DNA of 64,000 nucleotides from Podarcis bocagei (Eukaryota): NCBI GenBank assembly GCA_964188305.1, contig OZ076889.1; one strand, given 5' to 3'. Shown here in pieces: positions 1-12,800 of the stretch. Every line of letters begins with the position of its first letter. The stretch's first letter is position 1. Made by a program: the position numbers and the translations under genes. The notes beneath the pieces are model-generated. The model searched no databases and was not told where the DNA came from. It worked only from the letters and a program-made list of their open reading frames with translations.

Positions 1-1114
1 AAAGGGACAGATCAAGAGAGAGGCACTCCTGGGTTAAATGGAGAGCCACATGACATTCTGGATTTTTTACTATCAGAAAAGTCTTGCTGGCTCTTCTTAT
101 TTAAGATGAGCTGCAATGCGTAAAAGAAAATGGATTTCACATTTTATTACTATCATTATTATTATTATTGCTTAGCTGAAGACTTTTGACGCTAGCATAG
201 AATTAAGCCTGGTGCAAGGCATGCTTCCTTTATAGGTCAAAGTCAATATTCCACATTTCACATTCTCTACATTCCGGGAAGTGAAAGTAAGGTTTGTTTT
301 CTTTCCTGCAGCTGCTATAGCTGAGATGAGGGGAAAGGCCGCAATAGGTCATTATGAGTCAGGTGAAACACGTAAACAAGAAGCTGAGCCCTAATGGAAA
401 TCAATGACTGGCACTCTCCTCGGATATTCCTGACAGGTAGCAGGGTTGTATCTTGTTTAGACACATGAATCCAGGTCATTATAGGCAGATCGATGGCAGG
501 GGTCAGGACTCTGTTATGCTAGTTGACCTGTGGGTCACTTCTACAGGGTGGTAATTGAGTGGAAAGACAATGTCAGGATTGTCCAAGATCATGTTTCCTT
601 TGCTGTAATTGTAGCATCACCAGCACATAAGGCAGAATATGTGTCTCCCCTACTCTAATGTTCCACAGAAGGTGACAGTGTTCATTTAACTGCCAAACTG
701 CCACACACAAAATAAGCTATGGAGATTGCCTCCTCTTTGAACTTGCTGGCTCAACTTAGCAACAGTGAAGGCAGGCAACAACATCTGGAACTACCTGCAA
801 TTTCCCCAAAACATGAAGGACCTGCATAACAGACACATGGGTCAGATCTTTATTTGTAAAGTTAAAAATGGAAATAAACCTATTATAGTTTTCAACACAA
901 GCCATGAATGGTATAATGGGTGACTGAGTGGCATAGCTGATGTGGTTACATGAGCCAACACCTCAATAACCTCTGGAGTCAGGAACAGCAAACTGTTCAA
1001 AATGTCAGATGTTACTACATCTGGCTGGTATGCAGGATGGGCATAGGGGAACAGGTTCCATATCTGCTGTGATAAGTTGGCAGTGTGATCTTTCACTAGT
1101 CCTTATGATTAGAA

Positions 1115-1249
1115 TAAGGATAGGGAATCTGTGACCATCCAGATGTTGGGCTCCAACTCCCATCGGCCCCAAGCAGTGTGCCCAATGGTCAGGGATGACG
1201 GAAGTTGTTGTGGTCCATCATCTGAAGAGCCACAGGTTCCCTATCCCTG
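1115..1249. mobile_element. Degenerate ~135-bp hAT-type MITE (ccagatgtt...actcccatc family)
   Basis: Imperfect palindrome sharing core motifs with the 58598 element. Confidence 0.7.
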
Positions 1250-1874
1250 TATCTCAGCTGCCTTTGGAGTCAAGAAGACTATAGATGATGTTTCAACAAT
1301 GGCTGCCTACTTCTCTGTGTTGCTTGCACCACACTCAATTCTTAAAGTGGAACATGTCAGTGAAGATTTGTTCAGGTTGTTAGTCTCTTGGATGGGGCTA
1401 AGGGGACTGCTAAAGGCAATTCCACAGGAAAATGCTTGTCTCCTACCATCATGAATATTATGTTGCAGAATTGGACCTGCTATCAGGTGTAAGACAGGAG
1501 GAAGAGAAGAATTCAAATTAGATAGATGGATCTCTCTCTCTTTAGTTCACTCTCTCTTTAGCCTATGCAATCAGGTCTTCTGCTCCAGTCAACTATCAAA
1601 CTGCCCCCAAAGTCAGTGAGCACCCTATGGAATTTGAAACCTTGTGTCTTGTCCCTAACTTAACAAAGCCTGCTACATCCCTCTCAAATATTTTATCCCA
1701 TCTGAGTGCTATGTAGGTCCAACACCCATTAGCTTCCAAGATCAAATGGCATCAGGTGTGTTCACAGTGGCATGGCAGTATGCCTCTGAAAACTTAACTA
1801 AAAGTAGTATTTACAACACAATATGCATTGTGCCTGGTTTCATAGTTGCATTTAACAATAGTCTTAGATGTTAT

Positions 1875-1880
1875 TTTATT
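1875..1880 (-). terminator. Candidate distal polyadenylation signal (AATAAA)
   Basis: Minus strand reads AATAAAATAA in AU-rich UTR-like sequence, with ttgtgttgt about 55 nt downstream. Confidence 0.4.
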
Positions 1881-2587
1881 GTAAACGCATTGCTGTTGAT
1901 GGAAGCGACCTCAAATACTGTGCATGAGACAGAGATATAAACCTTTTCAATAAAATACAATAAAGTCTACTTATGGCTGTCTGTTCTATAGCAGTGGTTA
2001 AAGAAGCTGTCAATGCATGCCACATTTTGTCCATTGTTTGGTTTCCCTCAATACTCAGCAACGGTAAGAGCCTTTCCAGCTGATCTCTTTTCATTTTGCA
2101 TAAAAGCCTTTGCTGCTCATTTGTTCAGACTCCCATATGTTGTTGTTTTCAAGGTAGAACTCTGTATAGGAATGTTGCATGTTCTCAGCACTCAAAACTG
2201 TATTTTAAAACTGGGAAATGCAATCTTTCTCCTGGGTAGCATGCAATGTGTAATTCTTAGTGTTGTGTGGAATGTGGCTAGTCAGGAGTGGCAGCTTGGC
2301 CCCACAACCATGGGAGCCTGGAACCATGGGTGCCATGTAGTGTGCATGGCCCTGGCACCTAAATTTGTGGGTGTCCAGTCCCTTCATGGGGAATTTTGTG
2401 GGTGTCCAAGCACCCAGGACCCCAGGGAGTTGGCACCTATGTGGATAGTGGAAGCATCTACTGGGTAGAGGGAGACATAAGTGGGGACAGCCATCTCCTC
2501 ACACTCACCAATTTGTGATATTTTCAAATTACGTCATTCTTCCAATGCTTGGGAGTCCTTTGGAAGCACAGGAATGTCCCCATAGTC

Positions 2588-2726
2588 CAAGGAGTGGGGA
2601 AACTTTGGGCCTCCAGATGCTGCCTAACTACAACTCCCATCAACCCTAACAAGCATGGCTCATTGCCAGGGGTTATGGGAGTTGTAGTTCAGCAGCATCT
2701 GACAGGCCCAAGGTTCTCTACATCTG
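2588..2726. mobile_element. Degenerate ~135-bp hAT-type MITE in putative 3' UTR
   Basis: ctccagatg...actacaactcccat / atgggagttgtagt...catctg inverted arms. Confidence 0.75.
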
Positions 2727-4055
2727 CAGTAGCCCCTTAAAGAAGGGCATAAAGCAGCAGATGTCCCCCTCTGTAGTAATGCCCCAGCAGTTTGTGCTGT
2801 TTTCTTCTTTGAATGCAGTGTGCTCTTGCATTAGAGCCCATGGATTCCAAAGTTAAGAAAAAGCAGTGAGCACATACGTAACTCTCCTTTGCCGTTGAGG
2901 TCTCCTTCCCCATCCATTACTAGAGGATGGGGTAGCATACTACTCATACTGGACTGGGGATAGTTTGATGCAGGAAAAGTCCAGGCTTCTAATAATTCGG
3001 AAATGCTTCCTTAGCTTGTCTAAACCCATCTCAATACACATCCTTAAATGGCTCCAGGGCAGGGGTGAGCAATTTGCTCTCTACTGGGAAAACCATACCC
3101 ACATTTATACAAGGGCGCCCACAGAGAATACAACAAGGAATGAGTTACTGGCAGTTCAATGACTTTTCAGGGAAGGAACCTATTTAGTTGATTTATTCCT
3201 TATGAGAGAATTCAAGCCTGATAAAGAAACATCTCACCAAGTGTCTTGGCTTTTATTTCTGTTACGTTTATATAGGGCTTTAATAACAAGATATGTAGCT
3301 TCCGAACTCATCTCTCATCTCTTAAGCACAAATCCATTCCTGAGGTAAGTATACTGACTATAATGGCAAATACTAACAATATTTTGTCAACTGTAAGTTA
3401 GACTTATTCTTCCTGCTGCAGTTAAAGGAAAGCAAATGGCCTGGTACCGGAGCAGGTTTTGCAAATAGCATTGCACGCAGAACCCTGTCAGATCTGGTTT
3501 CAGAACTGCCTTCTAAAAGAACACAGAGCCATTTAATGTTTTTGTTAAAATTCAATCTTTCCCCAGCTTTCATCAAACTCCTGCAAGGCATCTCTACATC
3601 CACTAAAAGTTAGCCCACCCGCTTAGCCACAATATTTTTCAAACAGATGGTATGAGGGAGGCTTGGGAGGAAAAAACACATGTGCACAGAATAGGATTGC
3701 AGGCACTGCTGGGTACGTACGATAGACTAAATTTGGTTGTTTTTAAAAGGTCTCATATAAAGCTGGCTACATATGCCTGGTTTTATCTTGTGACTTGTAG
3801 ATAGGCCAAAGCTAGCCAGGTCCATCTATATGGGAATGCTGCCTTAAGTTTAGGGACAGTATACATAATGCTAGAAATTTGTAGTTTGTGGGCTGGATTG
3901 GAAAACGTGTATAGCATTTTGGGAGGTGCCACTTTCAGTGATGCCACTGTGGAAACAGTTCAAATGCATGCAAGGTGCATTTAGTTGTGTTGCAGTATGT
4001 TCTCAGTGGTAGTGCATGTTTCCTTGTGAAAGGTCCCAAGTTGCGTCTCTGCCAC

Positions 4056-4188
4056 CATGAGAGGGTGAACCTGTGGTCACCCATCCATTTGGTGCCATCT
4101 CCCATCCACTCCAGCTAGAATGGCCAATGGTCAGGGGTGACAGGAGTTGCAGTCCAACAACATCTAGAGACCACAGGCTCCCTATCTC
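4056..4188. mobile_element. Degenerate ~135-bp hAT-type MITE in putative 3' UTR
   Basis: aacctgtggtc ... gaccacaggctcc arms and central tggccaatggtcaggg motif. Confidence 0.65.
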
Positions 4189-6547
4189 AATGTTAGAATT
4201 AGGGGATCCTTTTAATTTGATCAAATCAAAGTAAAAAAATGGACAAATCCGCCAGGGGAGTAATTAAGCATGCAAAACTATAGGACCAGGAGATACATTT
4301 ACTGTACCACTAACAGATTGTAGCCTGTTTAAGGAGTGGTTTGGAAGAGTAACCCCAAGCCACAACCTTTCGTTGCTTGGCTTGACTCACAGCACAAGCT
4401 TCCCTGGGTTGGTGACAGTTTTCTTGCATTTGAGATTTCATTTAGCTGATTTCTTCTTAAGTCTTGATGTCTCCCAGCCTCTTACTGAATACATGAAACC
4501 CCATTTCTGCATTTTATGCCTATAGGCGTAGCCATGATTTTTGTTTGGTGGGGGGAAGAACCGAGTTATCTGTGGCACAATTGGTCAGTTAAGTATTTTT
4601 ATTTATTTACTTTTTGGAGAGGGGGCAGCTAGCTGCCCCTCTGCAGCTATGCCCATGTCTATGCCCATTCATTAGAAACACCCTTGTTAGCAAAGCTACT
4701 TTTCAGGCAAGCCAGTTTGAAAGTTCAGCCATGTCACATCTATTTCCATTTCACAATGATGCTGAAACATCTATTGAAGTTTTCCCTAAATGTTATTTTA
4801 CAGCTGCGAAACTGTCGGAGACAGATCTCTCTCTTTAAATACTTTTGACTTTGAAAGTGCAGGGAGTGAAGAGAATACATACTGCATTCCATAAATACTG
4901 TATATTACGGGGGGGACGGACGACCTCTCTACCTTCTACGATGACCCATGCCTTCTCAACTGACCAAGCTGAAGCTTCCTTATTTGTACTTCATCGACAG
5001 ATTACAGACCATCACACCAGGGGCTTAATCTACGGGTAAATATTCATAGTTTATTAAGCTTCAGGGAAAGCATGAAGCTGTTTAAGGCATATATGGAAGA
5101 ACAGTGTCACAACAGAATCTGTATCTGAGGAAAACAGGTTTGCTGCGTGTTAGCAAGTTAGCTTGAGTGCCTTTGATGTGTAACTAACAAGATAGGGTGA
5201 GCTCCATGCTGCTGCTTATTTAAGTACTGGAAAAAGCCTCTTTTAGGCTAATTGAGGCCCCTGCATGTGTCAGAGTGGCTTTTACCTTGAAAGCCAAAAA
5301 AAATTGTAACCCTGACTGATATGCAAATGATAGGAACAATGGAAAGATGAATCAGGGTGGATTCTGAGTGCCTTTGTACTTTTGCATCAAACATATAGGG
5401 AATGGAAATCCCTGAACTTTTCACAGAAGAGGCTGGCGGGTTTAATGCCAGGCTAGTTTATTCTTAGTAGGTACCATTCTTTTTTGGTTAGTGGTAGGAA
5501 AGCATAGACTGGTTGCTCTTCCCTGGTCACCCTTCCTCCCTTTCCTGCTACGTGCATGTTCACGGAGTGGCTATTAACACCACATGTGAGCACAGGGAGG
5601 AATGACTACTTTCAGCAAGAATGGACAACAACCCCCACCCCCAATAATTTATCCAGGAAAACAATAATCCAGTTATGTTTTCCTACCCTGGATTAGCAGA
5701 AAGATGCAACTGTTTCCATTAAACTCTTTCTTTGGAGAAAGATGCTAAATAGCATGGGCAGAGGGATGAAAACCTTGCCTCGGCGGTACCTGCATCAGAA
5801 CCAATACTTGTATAGCACTAACTGAGATCACAGACAGTTTGGGTCAATGCAACAAGTACCCCCCCCCTCCCCATGCATATAGCTTCCACACTGAAGCCCA
5901 ATATAGTACCGTTTCTTCTTATAGGAAGGAATATCCTACACCTTGCTTGGTGAGGATTATTAAGCCAGAGCCTGGCTGCAATGATCTCCGACAGAAATAA
6001 ATTGACATCAAGGTTCCTGTTTATAAAACAGCCTCGTTTTTACCAGTAGCCGATTCCGCAATGTGGTTTCATGCTGCTTTTACCGGGGGATTATACTCTC
6101 ATCTCCACCCCTCTCAGTCCAGATTTCCCCCATGTTTGGGCATTTCTTTTTCTGAGAATAACTTTGAAGCCTTTTAAAAAACACAACAACCAAAAGAAAA
6201 ATAAAAGAAAAATCAGCTGTGTACATTATTAATGAAAGGAGTTGCATTATCTCACAAATTAGACATAGGGGGTATAGAGGGGTGTTTATTTCAGTTCGAG
6301 TTCTGAAGCCTGGGGTGTAGAATCTGTGCATCCTGCTCTTCTACTGGTCTCTTGTGGGTCAGCTCAGATTTCAGCTGCAGTAAGATTGCTTCGGCAGCCG
6401 GTGCATCTATGCCATTTGCTTTGTTTGCGAAAGAGATGATGGCCCTGGTGACCACCTGGTCCGGTTTTTGTTTGCTCTCTGTGGTCCTACCCTAGTTGCT
6501 TTCTGTTGATGGTGACTTTGCCGACCCACACGGGCTATAAGTCTTCT

Positions 6548-6570
6548 TGCTGCTGCTGCTGCTGCTGCTG
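6548..6570 (-). repeat. (CAG)7 tract in proximal 3' UTR
   Basis: (tgc)n on the plus strand, 18 nt past the stop codon. Confidence 0.9.
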
Positions 6571-6588
6571 TTGTTTCAGTGTATTGCG

Positions 6589-6820
6589 TTATGCCAAGGA
6601 ATAGATAGCATTAACTGGTGATGTGGCTTCTGAACTCTCATTGCCTTCTGTCTCGTCTTTGTCCTTCTTGACTGTGTACTGGCCAATAAAGGAGCCGTCC
6701 TCATTGAACTGCCCTTCGCCTCCTTCGCCATAGTCCACCAAGCTGTCGTCACTTTCTTGTTGCTTTATCGTGCCATCTAAAGAGGTCTGACTGCCCTGCA
6801 GCGGCTTGTTGTCTTCATCA
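6589..6820 (-). CDS. NFASC: NFASC terminal coding exon (S)[16 protein letters not shown]...FIGQY...[10 protein letters not shown]
   Basis: gctag|T acceptor; ankyrin-binding FIGQY at 6676-6690; TAA stop at 6589-6591. Confidence 0.97.
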
Positions 6821-9800
6821 CTAGCATCAAAAGGAAAAGAAGTGCCATCAGTAGTGGGAAGGAATGGCTTTAAAGGGACAGGATCACAGTAAACATATGA
6901 AACTGGTTTCGTCCAGGCGGTTGTACTTCAGAAGGCAAGCACAGTGCAGGAAGAGCTGGGAAACACGGCTTCAAGCAGCTTTTTGCAAATTACCGATGAA
7001 ATCTTTGCCAGTGCAAAGCTATTCAGGTGCAAAGGATCGTATTTTCCCAATAACCTAAATAAATCAGGAGGGAGTCTCTTCTTCAAAGGACTGTGATGGT
7101 GGAAGCCTGACCACAACTACAAAGTGAATAAACCATGTAGGAACTCTGAGCTTTCCAGTTATATTAAGCCACAGTCCCATCAAATTCTAGTTTCTTGTAG
7201 TAAACAAAGTTTTCTGGTACACTAAAAGCTTAACAAATTTGTTATGGCATAAGCTTTCAAGGACTGTAGTCCACTTAAATCAGTTACATGAAGTGTTATC
7301 CTGATTGCAGGCATGCGTTGTATATAACACACACATGGTGGGGGGAGGAGACTGTGAACAGTAAGAGAAGGAAATGAAATGCAGAAAAGTACAGGTGGTG
7401 ATAATTATGCATTTAACAGTAATTATCACAAAATTATCCACCATTCACAAAGTATGATTGAGTTGGTAACACACCCATCCTGTCACCGATAAGCTAAATA
7501 ACACATGTGTGATGAAAAATCCATTGTACCCATTTAATCCACAAATTATAGCACTGAACTCCTGATTTATTGTGATTCAGTGGTTTTTATGGTTAGTTAT
7601 AGAATGTTCTAGGGTCCCAAGCACAATGGACTTTTAAAAATTACACTACATATTAATTGGCTTACCAATGACAGCATGGCAGGATATCAACTCAACTGTT
7701 TTTTGTGAGGCTGCTGTTAAGTAAATAATATTTACGTCTGGGTTTTTTCTGCATTTCATTTCCTTCTGATCTCACTGTTTATATCCCCGCCCCACTCCAT
7801 GTGTATCTTAGATTAAGACTTTGTGCATCTGATGAAGTGGGCTGTATTCCATGAAACTTATGCTGTAATAAATATGTTAATGTTTAAGGTACCACAAATC
7901 AATTCAAAGAGACTCTAGGTTGGCAAGAGTTGTGTTGAGGCCCAGCCATTTAGAAGGCAGCTGAGTGGCTCTAATTCAATACAAATTGGGCGTAATATAT
8001 TTAAGTGCCATTTTGGCTATTTTTAATTTACTCTTAACTATGCAGCTTTTGAAAATGATGCAGAGACACTTTTAAAAATGGCACTTCTACACTTAGCAGG
8101 GGAGTTCCATGCCCTTTTCGTAAGGGGAATTTCTGACCTGCAAATATGCATATTTTATTACGTTACAGAAAGTCCCACAAATAGTACTAGTTTCTGCTTT
8201 TGCAGTCTTGTTGTTAGCCCCAAGATGTTGGGGACTCAAGAACAACCTTCTGCAGAATTCATGAGGCTGGCTTAACAATACTGGAGCTTTTTTAAAAAAG
8301 GCCCAGGTAACATCATAGAGAAAACGGTCCTATCACTGGTTGCTAGCCATAATGAACCTTCTATGTTTAGAGGCAGAACCTCTCTACCCAATGCAGAAAA
8401 AGAATCGGGGGACATTTATCTCCATTATGGCCTACTTGCATGCTTGCCAGGGAGGTGTGTGGCTAGTCAGTGTTAAACAAAATATTGCGCTGGAGCCGTT
8501 GGGACATTCTAAAAGAGATGTTTGTATACCCACATGTGCAGGAATTCATGTACTGGGCTCTGCCAAGAACAAAAGATTTAACTGCCAGGAACAGGAGACT
8601 CTGCAGATCAATGGGGGACTGTTTTAGGGATCTGACATCTTCATCATCTGTCAACCTGAGTCCATCTGTACCTCCCTCTGCCCCTTCCCCTTGAAGGGAA
8701 GAGTCTGGACTCTGGATCATGTCATCAAATGCCATAGAAGAGACAGCTATGTATATCCCCATATATACCTATTGTAACTGTACCATCATGTGCATTTCAA
8801 CTGTAAATTATTTTGGGAGCCAATCCTGACTTAAAAGAAGGGTGTATAATAAAAAAATAAATACCCATTTCATTGTCATATCTATGAGGCTCAACTTTTT
8901 ATCCTAACACAAAGAAAGATCATTTAAGGTTTTGTGTTGCAGTTTTGTTTTGCCATAAGAATCATCTGGTTTTGCCATAAGAATTATCTGGTTAGCCCAC
9001 CATTCTGCCAGACAGTGGCTACAACAAGCATAAATAACAGAACAAGTGGTGTCATCATTCCTCCTGATCTTGCAAAACTGTCTAACAGTAGGTAGCCTGT
9101 GATAGCTCTCTAGGGCAGGCATAGGCAAACTTGGCCCTCCAGATGTTTTGGGACTACAACTCCCATCAGTATAAGGCAATATAAGGAGGCAAAAAACAAG
9201 AATGAGAGACCCAGGGCTCTTCATCTAAAATCTTCATTTTTCAAACCAAAAGAGTATGCAGATAAAATATATCCTGCATCATAATGTCCCCTTTGAGTTG
9301 CCCTCCCCCACGCCCACCCCATTCCCAATATACCAGGCCAATGAAGTTTCTAAGATATCCCCGGCTGGTTTTGACCTTCTAAAGGCTACAGTCCAGAGAA
9401 CTATACAGCTAATTCTGTGGGCCCAGTGGGGCTTTTGAGTTCCTTCCTCGCTCCCCTCTCTTTAAAGAGCACTCCCTCACACAACAAGCCAAGTGGCTTC
9501 GCAGAGGGCTGCTGCTGAAAGGCAAAATGTCAAAAAATTCTCTTGCGCCTTATTTAACCCAGCTCTCTGGATTGTAGGCCAAAGAAGACTGTTAACTTGG
9601 TTATCTTGTTAGTGCGTTAGGTATATACAACTTTTAACACACAAACAACAGTTTACTTATTTTGTTAAATGGAAATATTGCAGCTTATTTGAAGTATTAA
9701 GGGAAGCCTGACTCAGCCTGGTTCAGGAGCATCATGGTCAAGAGTTGCATATGTCAGAATGAATATTTTCTGTGTATAAGATTTCTAGGGAATTTTCACT

Positions 9801-12800
9801 CTGAACTGATGCAAGGCCTCTGGTAGCTGCCGACTTTTTCTTCACCATGTTTCCGTTGTTTTACTGCCTAGCATGTGAAATCAGGCATTATCTTGCTTTT
9901 CAAACCTCAGAGGCACATAATACAAGTAGCTTACCTGAGTACAGTATATGGGGGCTACTCAAATCTGCAGCCCAGAAGACCCCTTTTCTTGTGACTAATC
10001 TCCCATTGAGTGCTGAACTAACCAATGGCTGTCATTGTCACAGCTGAATTAGTCACAGAAAAAGGAATGAAGCTGAGGCCACGCTAACTCAATTGGTTGT
10101 GTGTCAGCTCCAAATACGCAGGCAGAATGCAACTCATTGGACACACGGTGCCCGAAATTTCAAGGGAAGGAATAGTAAGTGAAACTTTAATGGTGTTAGA
10201 TGAAGGTTGGTGGTGGAGAGGCAGGGAAAGGTGGTAGAGAATAAGGTGTGTTTCAGTGATGGAACTGCTGAAAGAAAAAGCTGTGTGCCAGACTTTGGGG
10301 CAGTCCATAGTCCTACCTTTCAAGAGACCTTCATGGTCCATGTAGAAAGACAAGGTGAAAAGGAGAAGAAAGAATGGGAATAAAACAGAGAGAGAAGCAG
10401 AAAGAGCCTGATCAGAGAGCAACATGATGAAGTATGCATTTCAGGGGGAAGTGCTGGGAAGAAAAATCCACCTATCCCCCCACCCCCCAAAGGAGCTAGC
10501 CACTTTATTGTTTTGCATACGAAATAAATTATAAATAAATAATAAAAAACCTGTTGTGCATCCACATCAAAATATGTATCTAATGGATTCCAAAAGCAAG
10601 TAATTTGCAAATAAACCCTAAAAAAATGAGATGTGCCCTCAAATCTGAGGCAGGGAGGGAGGGAGCACTAGTAGGGCAGAAGATACAACCCCACATGGCT
10701 TCATTAAATGTAGTCCTGAAAGGCAGCTGAGCAGCCACTAGCCTGTGGTCTGTCATGCTGTTCCAATGACGTAATGTGCTACAAGCCCCTCTCAGAAAAG
10801 GCTGCTTTCAGGAAAGAAAGGAGCATGGTATTCGCTTGACCTTGGTGGAAATCAGGCAGCTCTGCATATGAAGGGAGGGGGTGCTTCTAAGTTACATTTC
10901 CACTGTGCGGCGATCGTACCGGATGAGCAGATGGCAAGTGTCTTTTGGGAGGCAGGTATATATTGTGGTTTCCAAATGAGTGGACTGGAGGGGAAGGCAC
11001 TCTTATTCCATATATTACAAAGGACACACAAGAGATTTGCCTATGCGTAGTGGTGGGGGTGGGGAGTGAGTGAAACAGGAAAGAAACGCATTATGAAATG
11101 CATCTGCTCCTTTCTTGGTGGCTGTGTTCAATGACCTCTGGGGCCCTGGAAGAATACGGAATTGATTAAGGCTCTATCAAGATAGGAATTCTGACTGTCA
11201 TGTAGTAGACACTGCCGATGTCAGAAAACTGGCCTAATATAGACCCACTTCCAAGTATCATGAAATTGCTATCTGGGTTCACATGAACCCACTTGCCAGC
11301 AGTCTGGGCTGTATGCAAGTGCTCCTAGTTTTTAACAGGCATTTGCCAATTCCTTGTACTCGCTATTGCTATATTTTACACAGGGACCTTTAGTTGGGGA
11401 TGCGTTGAAATCACCACTGCAACTGCAAATGCTTGACTGAGTAGAAAGCCCAGTAACGTTACCTGAAAATATATGGGGAGCAGGAAGGAGCAGCTTGGAT
11501 GGGACCAGCAGGTCTGAAGTTTTAAAATTATAGTTCTAATTTGCTTCTCTCTCTCTCTCAACCAAATCAGTTGGCCTAGTAAGGCATGGTTACTGGAACA
11601 GAATGCTATTTAAGGACATGGGCTTCCAAACTTCTTAGCTTACAAGGAGACCATTATTCTGGCAGCAAAGTAGAAAGAAGTGACAGTATCTCTTTAATTA
11701 CAGTCTGCAGTGATTGGAATGCAGTGTGCACAGGGCACTAAGGATGTGAAGGGCATGATGAAAGCATATTAGACATGCTTCTATGAAGGTAGGAAGAGAA
11801 CCAATAAAGAAAGCATGTCAGCACATATCCTGTCCACCTTTCAAGCGCTAATAGTAACTTTTCCCCCGGACTGCTCGATTCCTTGTGAATTTTAAGCAGC
11901 TAACCACTTTGCTTCTGACTCCTTATGGGATGTGTCACTTTTCTAACACCCTGCATTAACACTCTGGTTAATTGTAAAAAGAAGAAGAAGAAAAACCTGT
12001 GATTTTTATCTAGGGGGGATGGGGACGACAGTTGTTAAAGCATTGTGCCTTCAAAGTGCCCAGCTTGCACATCATGAGTAATCACAGTTAATGGTTCACT
12101 GTGAATGCAAATATCACTCCTCTCCTCTAGACGAGGGATGGGATATTGGATCCAGACTGCAGGCCGGCTCTTTATCTTCCCCACTCCCCATGGGCAAGGT
12201 TTAACAGGTAGATGAGGTCATGCAGTGCGTGCTGCATAGAAGCCTCTACCGTCAGCTGATGGAACTTCAAAGTACCATGCATGACTCTCTGTAAGCACTA
12301 ACGACCAGCTGATTGTAAGGGCTTCAAAGTGTCACACACAGCGTCACAAATGTTGGGGCTTATTATGAGCCTCACTAGGCACTAGGCACAGGGTTTTTCA
12401 GGTCCTGCTGACTGGGAGTGTCAACAAAGCTGTTTTTGGCCCAGCGATGCCTTTACCTGCTCCACACCTGGTGCCATTTATGACTTCTGGTGAAGGGCAG
12501 CGAGGTATGGCTTGGTCAAAACAACCTTGCAGGTAAAATGAGGTTCCCCACCACTGCTCTTGACAGCGGGAGCAACAAGCGACGATCTCTGTCTCAGCAT
12601 TATGCCTGACTGGGAACTGTAGTTTGCTATGCTGAAACAAAACATGGTTGGTAAGAAAATCTTGGTTCAACACCCTGGTTTGTTTGGAAACAAACCACAA
12701 TCCCTACTTCAGACATAACCTTAATACCTGGGTATTAAGGTTTGTTATGCCTGCTGGCTACAAGGGACGAGTGAAATGGAAGCCTTCTGTGCATTTGATG

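Larger units (their letters stand above)
1855..6588 (-). other. NFASC: Probable NFASC 3' UTR (distal end uncertain)
   Basis: Follows the stop codon. Minus-strand AATAAA at 6285-6290, 3252-3257 and 1875-1880; the last is followed by a GT-rich stretch. Confidence 0.5.

Noticed and set aside
2013-2468. 151-aa plus-strand ORF, the longest in the track
   Set aside because: No recognisable domain, overlaps a repeat remnant, and is antisense to the putative UTR
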